A stretch of 64,000 nt of DNA from a virus. The translations under genes and the position numbers were made by a program. Shown piece by piece: positions 9,419 to 21,500 of the stretch. The stretch is from the IMG/VR virus record IMGVR_UViG_3300044609_000721; one strand, 5' to 3'. How positions within the stretch are numbered: position 1 is the stretch's first letter; each line of letters starts with the position of its first letter. The notes beneath the pieces were generated by a model, which saw only the letters and a program-made list of their open reading frames with translations, had not been told where the DNA came from and did not search any database.

Positions 9419-10225
9419 TTAACCGATCATGTCTAGTGGTGGTAATTCGTATGTATCTCTTAGAGTTTCCTTGAGATCCTGGAGTTCCTGTTTTGCCTCT
9501 TCTAGAATCTTTCTTCCATTTAGGGTAACACCACCTAACATTTGAATTCCATCATACTTACTTAGGTTCTGCCCCCACTGCTCTTTGAATAATGCAGTTG
9601 CATATTCTTTCAACCAAGTTTCATCCCAGGTTTTTGGATATAATGTTGGATCTACTCCCATCAAACAATCAACAACTACAAATTCTCCTACACCCAATTC
9701 CGACCAATCGATATCAACATATAGTCTATTTGTATTTGCAGTATATCTCAATCTCTTGTATAATCTTGAGTTAGTAACCCAGTCAAGAGTTTCGAGATAG
9801 TTCTGAACCATATAATAATGTAGAATCTGGTTATTCGTAAATGCGTAGATATCATTCAGGAATAACTGATATTTGATGTTGAAAATGTTTCCTGGAATTG
9901 ATGATGAAGTACTTACTTGTGTATATACGTTATCTACTCCAAGAACTCCAGGTGGGAGTTCAACATACTGAGTCGATTCGCTCCATGCGGTATTTGCAAT
10001 TGGAGCAGTCCCAGCCGCAGCAGTTTTCATCTGCTCAGTAACTTCAATTTTAATGATTGCTCTGTAACTACCTTCATAATGAAAATCTTGGTAGTATGTT
10101 AATGCTCTATCAATTAGGTCATCCAGTTGCTCATCGCAAACGTTGATGTCAATTGCAGGATAACCTAATCTTCTTAGGCAATAATTTTTGAACTCTGTTC
10201 TGGTTGCTGGTTTTGATGCTGACAT
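9419..10225 (-). CDS. gp13: Neck protein
   Basis: FKNYCLRRLGYPAIDINV.DEQLDDLI, WLKEYATALFKEQWGQNLSKYDGIQMLGGVTLNG, YELPPLDMIG. Confidence 0.97.
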   Translation of the reverse strand: MSASKPATRTEFKNYCLRRLGYPAIDINVCDEQLDDLIDRALTYYQDFHYEGSYRAIIKIEVTEQMKTAAAGTAPIANTAWSESTQYVELPPGVLGVDNVYTQVSTSSSIPGNIFNIKYQLFLNDIYAFTNNQILHYYMVQNYLETLDWVTNSRLYKRLRYTANTNRLYVDIDWSELGVGEFVVVDCLMGVDPTLYPKTWDETWLKEYATALFKEQWGQNLSKYDGIQMLGGVTLNGRKILEEAKQELQDLKETLRDTYELPPLDMIG

Positions 10226-10235
10226 GGTAGATCTC

Positions 10236-13200
10236 TTATAGTGGTAGATATCTTACGGTTACATTATTACTACCCGCTGTTGGAGCGGAAGTGAATTTGA
10301 CAATTGGTGAGAATGTAGCAGTTGTGGTAGTTGTGCTTGTGGAGGATACGGTAAACGTAATATTATCTGTAGGCGCTGATCCACCAACGTTAGTACCAGG
10401 AATCACAACAGTATCTCCGATGGAGTAGTTAGTACCACCGTTATTTACTGTAACCGAAGTAATAACACCAGCAGTTCCTCTCGAAACGTTAAATGTTGCT
10501 CCAGATCCAGCACCTGATGTTGTAGATGAAACATTAGTGTATGTTTGGTTACTCGCAGATGGAACGTTAGCTCCAATTGGAGTACCAATTGTTGCAATAG
10601 TTGCTCTCTTCAGGAACGATGTATTCGCTGCAGAAAGAGTAATAGTATTTCCAGAAATATTTGTGATCTCTGCACCAGAACCAATACCGTTACCAGAAAC
10701 TGGCATACCAGTAGTCAATCCAACGTTGGATGGTACTGTAATAGTGCTTTCACCAGTATGACCACCAACAGATCCGTATGATACTTGATCAAAATAGTTA
10801 TAATCGACAACTGGTGTCTGAAGTAGACGATCAGCAACAACTAATAAATCTGCTGTATTTCTTCCCGAATTTGCTTGGAATGCAACTCTTGAACCAGTAC
10901 CACTATAGTTCTGATATGTATATGAAAGAGTATTTCTGCTAATATTGATTGCATTTCCAGCATCATTGTATGATACTGAAATTCCATTATGTGATGCGTT
11001 TGTTGTGAGAGCAGTTGCTACAGCATCTTGAACTCTTTCATCAGTGAAGTATAGATTGGAACCCTCGGAAATATCAGAGGTACTTGCTTGAGTAGCAGAG
11101 GTAACTCTTCCCTTAGTATCTACAGTTACCTTAGTGTAAGTTCCTGAAGATACTCCAGTGTTGGATAACGTAGCACCTAGAGTAACGTTTGATGATCCAT
11201 CAATGGAAACGCTTCCTGATAGGTCAGTTCCAAGTGAAATTGTCCTTGCAGTAGTCCACTTTCTTGCATCTCTTGCAGTACCAACAATATCCGCATTATT
11301 TGCTGTTAGAGTTCCTGTAATAGTTACGTTATCTTCAATCTGTACAGTACCTCCAGCAGAATCTAAAATTAGGTTTCCTGAAGAGGTATCAATTTCATTA
11401 ACTGCAGTTAGACCAACTCTTACGTTCCTGATTAATGCACCACCATTTGCAGTCAACTGGCCAGTTAGCGTAGTTGTACCAGTTACACCTAAAGTGCTGG
11501 ATAATGTAGTTACACCAGTTACTCCTAATGTTCCTCCAATAGATGCATTGTTAGTTACGCTTAGTGCTGTTCCTGCCTTTGATAGAGTTAGTGAACCAGC
11601 GAATAGTGAAGCATCTGTACCAGAGAATACTTCAGAAGTGTTGGTTGCGTTCTCTAAGAATCTATAACCAGCAGATGAATCATCCCATCCGAAGAAACCC
11701 AACTTAGCCGATAGATCGAAGTATCTAAACTCAATACCACGATCCTTATTATCGTCGGATGCAGGAGCAGTATCTCCACCCAAAGTGATGATTGGATCAT
11801 CAACAGTAATAGTTGTTGAGTTTACTGTAGTTGTTGTTCCGTTGACAGTTAAGTTTCCAGTGATAACTGTATTGGCATTTCTTACAGTTAATGTACCTGT
11901 TGTGGCACCAATTGAAATAGTAGTTGCTGCCTGACCAATATTTAATGTTGTCGCACCAGAATTGAATAATGTGGCAGTTGAGGAAGTGGTGGTAATATCT
12001 CCACCATTTACAGCAAGATCGCTAGTTAAGGTTGCATTACCTGTTACTGCTAGAGTACCACTAATTGAAGTGTCACCAGACTCACCAAGAACGGAGAACT
12101 TAACTGTATCACCAGAATTTAATTTTCCAACATACAAATCATCACCAACATAAAGGTCAGTTTGAATACCAGCACCACCAACAACTCTTAAGTTAGTAGT
12201 TGTATCTGATGCATGTGTTGGAGTATATGCAATTTGGGTTCCTAGAGTTGCTTTATAGCGAACTGAGATGTTGTTAACAGTAGACGCAACGCCAGTGTCT
12301 CCAGAGTCCTTAACGTTAATTGCACCGTTAACAAATACATCGCTTGCGAACAGTACATCGCCAGAAATATATCCACCACCATCATATCTAAATGACCCAT
12401 AATCACCACCAGAAATGATGTAATTATTGCTTCCATCGACGGCAATTGTTGGAGTGTTGTTATTCTGTGAGTACAGATATGAAGCGTTTTGTAGAGTTAC
12501 ATTTCCAGTTAATGTTGTTGCCCCAGTTACACCTAAAGTTGAACTTAGTGTAGTTGCACTAGTAACACCAAGAGTTCCAGAAATAGTGGTATTACCACTA
12601 GATGAATCTACAACAAATTTATCAACAGCAGAAGCATTTTGAATCTTGAATAGTTCTGTAGCCGCGGTATTAGAACCTACTAAGGTAACGTTGCTATTGA
12701 GAGTTGTATTACCAGTAACAGAAAGAGTTCCTACAATAGATGTATTTCCAGTAGCAGAGTCTACAGAGAATTTATCAACAGAGGAAGCATTTTGGATCTT
12801 GAATAGTTCTGTGGAGGCCGTGTCAGATCCCACCAAGGTTACATTACTATTCAGGGTTGTATTTCCAGTGACGCTTAGAGTGCCTTGTAGAGTGCTGTTG
12901 GTTGCAATATTGAGATTACCACCCACCCATAGGTTTTGACTGATTCCAGTGCCTCCTGTGACTACCAGGGTGCCTGTTGTAGTGCTAGTTGATCCAACGT
13001 TACTACTGAGGGCAAGGTTGCCAGCAATAACACCAGCATCAGTACCAGAAAAGACTTCAGAAGTATTTGTTGCATTGTAGAGGAAGCGATAACCACCAGT
13101 AGTTCCTGCTAGAGTTGTGTAACCAGAATCCCAACCATAGAAACCTAGTCTTGCTTGTGTGTCGTAGTATCTGAATTCAACACCACGATCCTTTCCATCG

Positions 13201-14990
13201 GTAGATGCAGGAGCAGTATCTCCACCCAAAGTGATGATTGGATCATCAACTGTCATTGTTGTTGAATTGACTGTTACTGTTGTACCATCAACTAATAGAT
13301 CACCTTTAATTTGAACAGTACCAGTATTGTTTCCAACTCCAGCAGGATCTAGAATAATTGTAGAATTGGTTGAACTGATTGCATTATCAGAGAAATATAT
13401 ATCTTCTACTCTGACATCTGCTCCACTAGAAATTAGTGAAATTTGCTGAGATGAAGAAACACTTATTGTTGAGTTTGTCGATTGGAGTAAGATGGAATCG
13501 TCTGCGGTAATCTCCATCTTAGCTTCACCAGTTCCAGCATTATTTGCTGTAAATCTTAGGAAGCGGTTAGATGCAGTATTTGCATCCATTAAAATAGTTA
13601 AAGAACCAGCACGATTAATAGTCTGTACTGTAGTGCTGGTTTTATCTAGAGTAATATCCGAGAAGATATTTGCAGTTACAGTATTGATATCAACATTACT
13701 AGTTGCTGGATTGTCACTATTGATACTGCGTATTAGTGGATTTCCAGATGTATCATTTACTGATAGATCATTAATTGTAGTTAAACCTCTATAACCAGTA
13801 GATGCTGTTAGTTCATTATCCAGTTCGTATGCGGTATATGTGGATCCGTCTGCAAAACGAACTTGATTATTTTGTAGTTGTGTATTATCAACACCATTAA
13901 ATGCAATACTTACGTGACCGTCTGCATTAACATCAAAGTCTTCTTGTGCAAATGATGCTAGTCCCTTTTGACGAGTAGTTACTACACCTTGATGTCTCCA
14001 CAGGATAACACCATCGGTAATATCTCCAGAAGTATGCGTTGGTGGTGTTGCACCTGATGTACCAGAACTTAGTGCTTCGTATAATCTACCATTATAGACA
14101 ACTTTATCATATCTTGAATATGTATTACCCGTTGCCCAAGTTGGTGAAATAGTTCCTTCTACTGCAGTAGCAATTGGGAAATCTTCTGCATATGTAAATC
14201 TTCCCCACTGGTCAACAGTAAATCTTGTTGCCTTAATTGTTTGTGTGTTACCAGCAATAGTGGGAGTATTATATGTACCCTGAGTAACAGTTGTGTTAAT
14301 TAGATCTAGAGTTGGGTTTCCAGCAACACCAGAACCATTAACTACTGAAATTCTTCCAGGTGTACCAGTAACAGTTCTGGTTGCAACATTACCGTCAGAG
14401 ACGCGAGCAAGAATACCAGTTGTAGATAGATCGGCAATCGCTTGAAGGTCTCTATCAAATGCTTGTGCAGACTCACCTTCTATGGTTCCATCAAGGCCAA
14501 AGTCTGCAATATTGGTTGGGTTTTCTCCGTCTGTAATTCTTCCCTTTGCGTCAACAGTAACTCTGATGTAAGTACCAGAACTGTTGACTGTTCCATCATA
14601 GTGTGGTAAAGTTGGGATTAATCCAAGAGCAGATGATAGGTTTAGGTTTGCAGAACCGTCAAAGGTTGCTGAACCAGTAACGTCACCAGATAGTGCAATT
14701 TGACGAACGTTTGCTAATCGAGTTGCGGTAGCAGCGTTACCAATAAGTGTACCTGTAATAGATCCTGCTGAGAAATTTCCATCAGCATCTCTCTGTACAA
14801 GAGTGTTTGCACTGTTTGCTACTGACTCTAGTGGTCTCTCATATCTTAACGAGTTCCATGATGTAACACCATCACCGATCTTAATACGTCCAGTATCGAT
14901 TTCAATGCCAAGCTCTCCAATCGCTAATGTGGGGTTAACGTTGGACCATTCTTGGGCAGATCCTCTTCTTAATTGAATTCTATTTGCCAT
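10236..14990 (-). CDS. Fibre/whisker-like protein with Mtd_N-type N-terminal anchor, CBM5/12-like module and repeated shaft segments
   Basis: MANRIQLRRGSAQEWSNVNPTLAIGELGIEIDTGRIKIGDGVTSWNSL (Mtd_N/hyaluronidase-type N-terminus); TWATGNTYSRYDKVVYNGRLYEA module; GTLxVTG shaft repeats; occupies the wac/fibritin position just upstream of gp13. Confidence 0.85.
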   Translation of the reverse strand: MANRIQLRRGSAQEWSNVNPTLAIGELGIEIDTGRIKIGDGVTSWNSLRYERPLESVANSANTLVQRDADGNFSAGSITGTLIGNAATATRLANVRQIALSGDVTGSATFDGSANLNLSSALGLIPTLPHYDGTVNSSGTYIRVTVDAKGRITDGENPTNIADFGLDGTIEGESAQAFDRDLQAIADLSTTGILARVSDGNVATRTVTGTPGRISVVNGSGVAGNPTLDLINTTVTQGTYNTPTIAGNTQTIKATRFTVDQWGRFTYAEDFPIATAVEGTISPTWATGNTYSRYDKVVYNGRLYEALSSGTSGATPPTHTSGDITDGVILWRHQGVVTTRQKGLASFAQEDFDVNADGHVSIAFNGVDNTQLQNNQVRFADGSTYTAYELDNELTASTGYRGLTTINDLSVNDTSGNPLIRSINSDNPATSNVDINTVTANIFSDITLDKTSTTVQTINRAGSLTILMDANTASNRFLRFTANNAGTGEAKMEITADDSILLQSTNSTISVSSSQQISLISSGADVRVEDIYFSDNAISSTNSTIILDPAGVGNNTGTVQIKGDLLVDGTTVTVNSTTMTVDDPIITLGGDTAPASTDGKDRGVEFRYYDTQARLGFYGWDSGYTTLAGTTGGYRFLYNATNTSEVFSGTDAGVIAGNLALSSNVGSTSTTTGTLVVTGGTGISQNLWVGGNLNIATNSTLQGTLSVTGNTTLNSNVTLVGSDTASTELFKIQNASSVDKFSVDSATGNTSIVGTLSVTGNTTLNSNVTLVGSNTAATELFKIQNASAVDKFVVDSSSGNTTISGTLGVTSATTLSSTLGVTGATTLTGNVTLQNASYLYSQNNNTPTIAVDGSNNYIISGGDYGSFRYDGGGYISGDVLFASDVFVNGAINVKDSGDTGVASTVNNISVRYKATLGTQIAYTPTHASDTTTNLRVVGGAGIQTDLYVGDDLYVGKLNSGDTVKFSVLGESGDTSISGTLAVTGNATLTSDLAVNGGDITTTSSTATLFNSGATTLNIGQAATTISIGATTGTLTVRNANTVITGNLTVNGTTTTVNSTTITVDDPIITLGGDTAPASDDNKDRGIEFRYFDLSAKLGFFGWDDSSAGYRFLENATNTSEVFSGTDASLFAGSLTLSKAGTALSVTNNASIGGTLGVTGVTTLSSTLGVTGTTTLTGQLTANGGALIRNVRVGLTAVNEIDTSSGNLILDSAGGTVQIEDNVTITGTLTANNADIVGTARDARKWTTARTISLGTDLSGSVSIDGSSNVTLGATLSNTGVSSGTYTKVTVDTKGRVTSATQASTSDISEGSNLYFTDERVQDAVATALTTNASHNGISVSYNDAGNAINISRNTLSYTYQNYSGTGSRVAFQANSGRNTADLLVVADRLLQTPVVDYNYFDQVSYGSVGGHTGESTITVPSNVGLTTGMPVSGNGIGSGAEITNISGNTITLSAANTSFLKRATIATIGTPIGANVPSASNQTYTNVSSTTSGAGSGATFNVSRGTAGVITSVTVNNGGTNYSIGDTVVIPGTNVGGSAPTDNITFTVSSTSTTTTTATFSPIVKFTSAPTAGSNNVTVRYLPL
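11758..11804. repeat. 47-nt perfect direct repeat, copy 1
   Basis: gatgcaggagcagtatctccacccaaagtgatgattggatcatcaac is identical to 13204-13250. Confidence 0.9.
12576..12881. repeat. Two tandem 153-nt (51-aa) repeats in the fibre gene
   Basis: TLSVTGNTTLNSNVTLVGSDTASTELFKIQNASSVDKFSVDSATGNTSIVG followed by TLSVTGNTTLNSNVTLVGSNTAATELFKIQNASAVDKFVVDSSSGNTTISG. Confidence 0.9.
13204..13250. repeat. 47-nt perfect direct repeat, copy 2
   Basis: Identical to 11758-11804; encodes VDDPIITLGGDTAPAS. Confidence 0.9.
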
Positions 14991-15038
14991 CGGTGATTAT
15001 CCCAAATTTGTTAGATATACTATATGATTCTCTTTATG

Positions 15039-15046
15039 TATTTATA
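15039..15046 (-). promoter_or_regulatory. T4-like late promoter (TATAAATA) for the fibre gene
   Basis: Perfect consensus 49 nt upstream of the ATG at 14990. Confidence 0.85.
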
Positions 15047-15075
15047 AAAAACAAATGGGGGTTATTAACCCCCAT
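15045..15075 (-). terminator. Rho-independent terminator
   Basis: Minus strand ATGGGGGTT-AAT-AACCCCCAT followed by TTGTTTTTT. Confidence 0.8.
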
Positions 15076-15094
15076 AAAGATAACTTAGATTATA

Positions 15095-15292
15095 TCAATC
15101 TTCTTTGATCACTGGTTCTTCAGTCTTTGCTTCAAGAAATTCTAGTGTTTCAATAGCACCTAGTAATTTTAGTGCTTGTACTTCATTTTCCTTAATCTTT
15201 TGTGCTAGTTGTTGATTCTCTGTGACCAAAGATTGGTAACGAGTACGGAAAGAATTAAGTAGTTCACCAGAATCAGTTGTCTCAATCGTCAT
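15095..15292 (-). CDS. Small coiled-coil hypothetical protein
   Basis: 65 aa, heptad-like; co-oriented and overlapping the upstream gene. Confidence 0.75.
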   Translation of the reverse strand: MTIETTDSGELLNSFRTRYQSLVTENQQLAQKIKENEVQALKLLGAIETLEFLEAKTEEPVIKED

Positions 15293-15524
15293 GTTGTTTT
15301 ACCTCAATCAATTTTGTTAATAAATTTTTAATATCACCAATATCAGATTTTAGGGATTCTACATCATCTTTTAGATTATGTAACTCTTCCTTCTCTCTTT
15401 TCAACCTTTCGTAGTTTCTAAGATAGTTCTGATATTCGGTTTCATTCTTATTTATGATAGCATTGGTAGAGGGATCTCTGACCAAATCATTATGATTCTC
15501 TATTTTTAAAAAATTATTTTCCAT
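15282..15524 (-). CDS. Small coiled-coil hypothetical protein
   Basis: 80 aa, LVRDPSTNAIIN...LKSDIGDIKNLL; start overlaps the stop of the 2420-aa gene. Confidence 0.8.
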   Translation of the reverse strand: MENNFLKIENHNDLVRDPSTNAIINKNETEYQNYLRNYERLKREKEELHNLKDDVESLKSDIGDIKNLLTKLIEVKQHDD

Positions 15525-18500
15525 TATGAAGCAGTCGCAATTGTTCTGAAGTATTTGATTTTAGGTACCTTTGCCTGATTTGTTGAAGACATGGCGATTT
15601 TGATCTGGAACTTGACAAATTCGAGTCCAGAAGCAGTGTATTCATACTGTTTGAAGATCTCGTCATTTACTGGGAGAACTGGGTTATCAGGACTTCCATC
15701 AGTATTGAAGAAACTCCAAGCAATATCTTCTTCTGCTCCAGCAAAACCTACTGGTACTGCTCTGTAAAGAACTCTAATTGTTGCGTTTCCAGGTCTATAA
15801 GCATCAAAGTATACTTTGATCGATCTTGACACCTGATTATCCAGAGAAATCATTCTAGTAATATACGCAGCATCATGAGGATCGCCAGTAGCAAGAGCAG
15901 CATCCTGCCAATTTGATGGATTATTAATTCTGCTTGTTGTTGTGATTGCGCTACATCTATCCAAATCAATCACTGGAGATACTAAGTTTGAATCTGAATT
16001 CAATAGACATTCTAATGTCATTGACTTATTACCAGATAATTTAGCATTCTCATTGACTTTAGATAGTACCAAGAACTGTGAACCTAAGTTATTTGATTCA
16101 TTGATATCTACCTGTCTATAGTCTCCAGTGTTAACAAATGATGGCTCCGATGTAGCATCACCGCCAATTGACGTTCCAGTTACACTATTTAATCTTGCCT
16201 TAATATCAGTTCCATTAACAGTAACATGTCCAATCAGAGGTGTTAATACTTCATAGCAAACATTTTGTGAAGCAGTTACATTAGAACCACCGCCAGAAAT
16301 TCCAACGGATGAGATGGAACTAGTTTCAATTTCATATGTATCCAATGTTGTATCATATACAGCATCGTGAGATTTATTGATTTCAATCAATGGAATACCA
16401 TCTAAGTTATAGCATTCGACTAAATCACCCTCAGTATGGTTTGAAATAGCAGCGCCTCCCGAAATACCTCGGCCATTCACACTCTTGATCGTGATTGAAG
16501 TATTCTCATCAGTAATGGCAGTATATGCCATAATTTCACCATTGATTCTCAAATAACCTGGGTTGTCGCTACCAATAGGCAATCCATTGATTGTTTTATG
16601 GAATGCAGTAGCATCAGCAACAGATAGAGTGAGATCTGTTGTAGTAATTGATGTTCTTAATGTTGTTGGTGAAACTTCAGATACCGCATTTGAGATGACT
16701 ACAGAGTTTGTGATATCATGCATACCATGATTACTATGTAGAATCTTAACTCTTCTCTCCGAAGATGCAAATGATGGTGGGGTAGAAATGTACTTATTGT
16801 AGGAATCTCCTGCATACACTGGCGCCGCTGGAGATGAAAGAATTGTACTATCTACAACTGGATTTGATTGTCTTAGTACTTCACCAACTTCAAATTGATC
16901 TGAAATATAGTTCAATTGTAGTTGACCATTACCAATATTCCATCCAGTAATGATTGCTGTTGCACCAGATGTTTGACCAGTTACTGTCTTACCAATAGCA
17001 TAGTTGCCAGTTAGAACACCTACTTGAGTAGAAACATATAATGTTGATGTTGACTGACTACTTACGATTGGATATGTGATAACATCACCGACTTGATCGC
17101 CCTGAACAAATTGACCTTCAATATCAGTTACTGTAATTTGATTTGGTGATGCATTAGTATTAACTTCAATAATTGTAGCAGAAGCGTTGGTTGTCTTTTG
17201 GTAAATTCTAGATCCGAGAGTGTATGATGCAAGATCATCATTCATCGTCAATGTTAGATTCGCCTTCTTGGTCTCAATTGGATTTTCTCTCAAGTTGATG
17301 ACACCTCTATTTCCAATATCGAGATCCGCATTGTTTAGAGTCAACTTACCGCCAGAGGTATCGAAGTTAGCTCTGTATACATTAAACTTGAGATCCTGCA
17401 GTTGATTTGGTGACCATGTGGAAGCATTTTGAGATTTGAATAGAACACCAGCATATGGTTGTGCTGAGATTGTTCTATCTCCAGTGATATCTACCTGACC
17501 CATTTCAGAAATCCAAATAGTATATTCATTAGAATCTGATAGAATTGCAAAACAATACTCCTGTGTATCAGTTAGGTATACAGGTGCTGGGAATTTGAAT
17601 GTAGTTGGAATTGACGCATTCTCTGAGATCTCTACACTTTCTGGATATACAGTAACTGTAGACATTGGTAGAATCTTGCTGGTTGGGGAACCATTCTCCA
17701 TTGTTCTGATCTGACAAGTGACAGGAATATTTTGATCTTTACTTGCGAAAAATACTTCAACCTTAGAGATGAAGCAACCACCCCTTTCCTGAACAATGAA
17801 TGATTGAGCTAGAGGGTCATACCAACCAAGGGTTACTTGTTCATTTCTTGTTCTACTTGTAGTAATTTGTTGACGCAGTTGATCAGTTACAATCTCAGCA
17901 TTTCTTACCGCCAGAATTGTTTCCTGATTTGTCTCAAGAATACCAGTTGCCTCGTATCCAATTTGAGCGTTGGAAATTGTTGTACCACCTGGAATTCCTA
18001 CCTGGTTTGTTGAACTATTTGAAAGAACAAATGTTCTTCTTCCAGTTGCCCAGCGAGGATTTGTGGGACCATCTGCTCTTGGGATAAAGAATGATCCCTT
18101 AACAGTTCCCTTCCTATCTGTAAACAATCTTCTATCTCTTACAATTGCTCTAGCGTTCGATGTCTGACCAATTAAAATGCAACCAATCTCAATATTACCA
18201 AAGTAAGTACCATTTGCTTGGGAGGCAAGAGCGTCGGTATCAATGTTTAGATATGCAGTAGTTGAAGAATATTGCTCCGCTAATTCAATGTCAGTATATG
18301 GGTTGAATCTGTATCCATCATTAAGAGCAGCAACTTTTGCTCTAAAGATGGGAATAGATTCTGTAATTGCACCACCAGTAGCATTTCTCGATGTGATTCT
18401 ATATGCAAATACATTTTCTCCAACTACAAATGGGTTGTTTGTGGTTGCAGCATCTTCCGATGGATTTTTAATTAGTTCAATAATCTTTGGAGTTATATTA

Positions 18501-21500
18501 GTTGATACTGGAACATTATCGAAGAATCCAAAGAATTGTGAAGATGGTTTGAGTCTTTCACCAATAAATGAAACGTTTCTTGATCTAATAAAAGGTACGT
18601 TTTGTCTTGAAACGATACGTGATCCTAGACTTCTGTTATCGAATCTGGTGACTAGTCTCTGTTGAGTACCTGTTCTTCTCTCGATGATACCAGTGGTTGT
18701 TACAGTTCTGTTAACACCCCATGAGTTACCCCAGTTCCAAGAACTAGTATTAGTTACTGTAGTTCTTGAACCAGACCAATCTTCAACCCAAGCATTCCAC
18801 ATAGCAGGACCAAGACCATTCTGATCTGCTCTGATTTTTTCTGCCTGGTACTGGAAGTTACCTTCAATCTGAGTCACTAAGGCTGGTGCAACCTGAGTTT
18901 CTACCCAGTCATCACTAGATGGATTTAGTTGAATTGAACCAAGGAAAGTAAAGACATTAAATGGGTTAACGTTCTCAACCTGTGAAGCATATGGCTGCTC
19001 AATAAGCAACTGATCAGTAAATGGAAGAGTTACAATTCTATTATTAATTGAAATGTTGCTGGACTGTGATAGATTAATTTGCAGAGGAATATTGGTGGTG
19101 TAGTGAGAAGGTCTCATCTGTCTGTTGGTCAAGTCAACAGAGGCGTTATAATCAGGATTCTCCAAATCTGCAACGTCTTGGTTTTCAAAAGTATCAACCA
19201 AATATCCATTCTTAAACTTATCGTTACCAAACTCATCCTTAATAGTTAATGAATTTGTTTCTTGCTCAAGTAAGTTGAGTGCGCTGTAATATTCAACGTT
19301 CTTGATTCTCTTATCTAGAAGTGCAATATCTTTCATGGTGTATCTTCTGATATCTTCTTTGAAGATAAATGAATCCACTTCAGGATTGAAACCGTATGCC
19401 TCATGAGCAATAACTGCTAAAAGCATTGAATTGTCAACTTCTGGTGGTACTGTTGGATATTCTGCTGGAGTACCAATCGTCACGAAGAATGTACCTAAAG
19501 TATCTACGGATAATGTATCCATTCTCCTTAGATAGAAACAATAATCACATCTAAAATCAGAATTTACTTTGGGAATATCAAAAGTAGTTGCCTGAGCATC
19601 ATACACTCTACTATTGAAATCTAAACTAGAGCACTGTAAATAGAATGGATTTGATACAGTACCACCACCACTTACAAGATCTTTAACACCAGGTCTAAAA
19701 TCAAGCACGTCTCTCAGATTTTTTTCCTGAGAATCTGAAGTTGATACTGACGTAATTGGAGAAACGTATGTTGGGATATTATCGTATCCAATACCAACAT
19801 AAGAGTCGATATTAAAATAATCACCCGTAGATTCATGTGTGAAATAATCTGCAACGATCTTTAATTTTCTGATAGGTGCAGATGAACCAGGTCTTCTCTT
19901 TAAATATGAAATACCATAGTTGAATGATGACTCTCCAGTGTGCAATTCAAACGAAGATGTGATATTTCTGCTTCCTGCGAAGATTGATCCATCAGCATCA
20001 CTAACCAGACCTTGAATTGTAATGCCTAGTCCATTGACACCAATGATTGTTTCGTTCTGTATAAATTGATTTGATGTTTGATATACTACAGATAGTTTTA
20101 GTGTTGTTGAACTGAAATCTACAACGATACCCTTAGCACCAGATGTTTTTCCTGTAACAAGAGATCCAATTTGGAAGAACGCTGATTCAACCAGTGTCAC
20201 ATAAGGAACTTGAGCCTCATTATCGTCATACGATTCGTATATAGCATGAAGTTTATATACGTCTTTGGTACCAAGAGAGATTTCTTTATCTTCAATTCTA
20301 GTGCCATATAGATTGGTGTATGACAGCCCAAATGGAATTTGATCGCTGAGTTTGGAAGTTCTATTTACCTTCCAAACGGTCATCTTGTTGGAATTTTTAA
20401 TTTTTTCAGTAACAACATTCTTAGAAATAGATGCAATCAATCTTACTGAAGTGATCCCAACAAGATTACTTACGGAAATAGTAGATCTTGGAGTTCCAGA
20501 TGTATTGAATGTTGCATATCCAGCAGATCCAGATAGTGCTGTCTGTAGAGGAATTACATTACCAACTGCATACGAGCTTCCACCAGAAACTCCAGTTACA
20601 GTTAGATTATAGTTCTCAAACTCAACAGAACCGAACTGTTCATTTTCAGCAAGAGAGATTGAGAAACTATTACTGATGACCTGAGACTCATATGTTCTCC
20701 TGACCACCATACTTTCATCAGTTATCTGCTTAATTGCTTTCTTTGGCATCTCAGTGAAGAGATCACCATTCTGCTTACCTTCTAATTGTGGACGTATTCT
20801 AACAACAGTTTGGTATTGACTGTTGTTAGATGGTGAGAATCCAGCAGAAGGAGTTACCTTAATTGTTTGAGATGAATAGTTGAAAATCGTGGATAGGTTA
20901 TATGATGATGGGATACTATCTACTTTGAAATACTGAGTTGCACTAATGTAGAGAAGATCTCCAGGTTTTACCTCTGGTGCAATGTTACTGTTAAAACCAG
21001 TTAAAATACCAGTACCACTAGTATAAGTAAAGTATGTTCCAGTTAATCTATATTGTTCAGTTGCTCTTGCGTCACATGAGAAGATTATGCTAGAACCAGC
21101 ACTATTTCTACCTAGAATTTGCTTAGTGTCTGAGAAATTGAACGTATATGGAGCAGCCGATACTGTTCCCTTATCTCTTCCGTCTACCTGAATAACTTCA
21201 CCAATTCTGAAAGTACCCTGAACATCCGTAAGAGTTAAAGTATCTCCAGTATATGAAGCTTCTCCAGGAGACACTCTGAGTAAACCAGTAGCTCCACTAA
21301 TTCTGCCAACTACTTGAGAACCTGCTTCGATTGTAGTTGAGGCAGACAACTTCAACTTAGTGTGAAGTGAAATATCGAATAGATATAAGTTATATGTATC
21401 ATTGCTATTTGCATCAATCAAATCTCCACCAGAACCAGAATACTCCCAGTTCATTACTCTAGCAACACCAATTAAGTTGCCAGCAGCAACACCAGGAGTT

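Noticed and set aside
11758-13250. 47-nt repeat as attL/attR or CRISPR repeat
   Set aside because: Only two copies, both in frame within one gene; no integrase or cas genes and no spacer array.
10236-14990. Diversity-generating retroelement suggested by the Mtd_N-type N-terminus
   Set aside because: No reverse transcriptase or Avd in the window; the repeats are internal and their differences are not adenine-specific.
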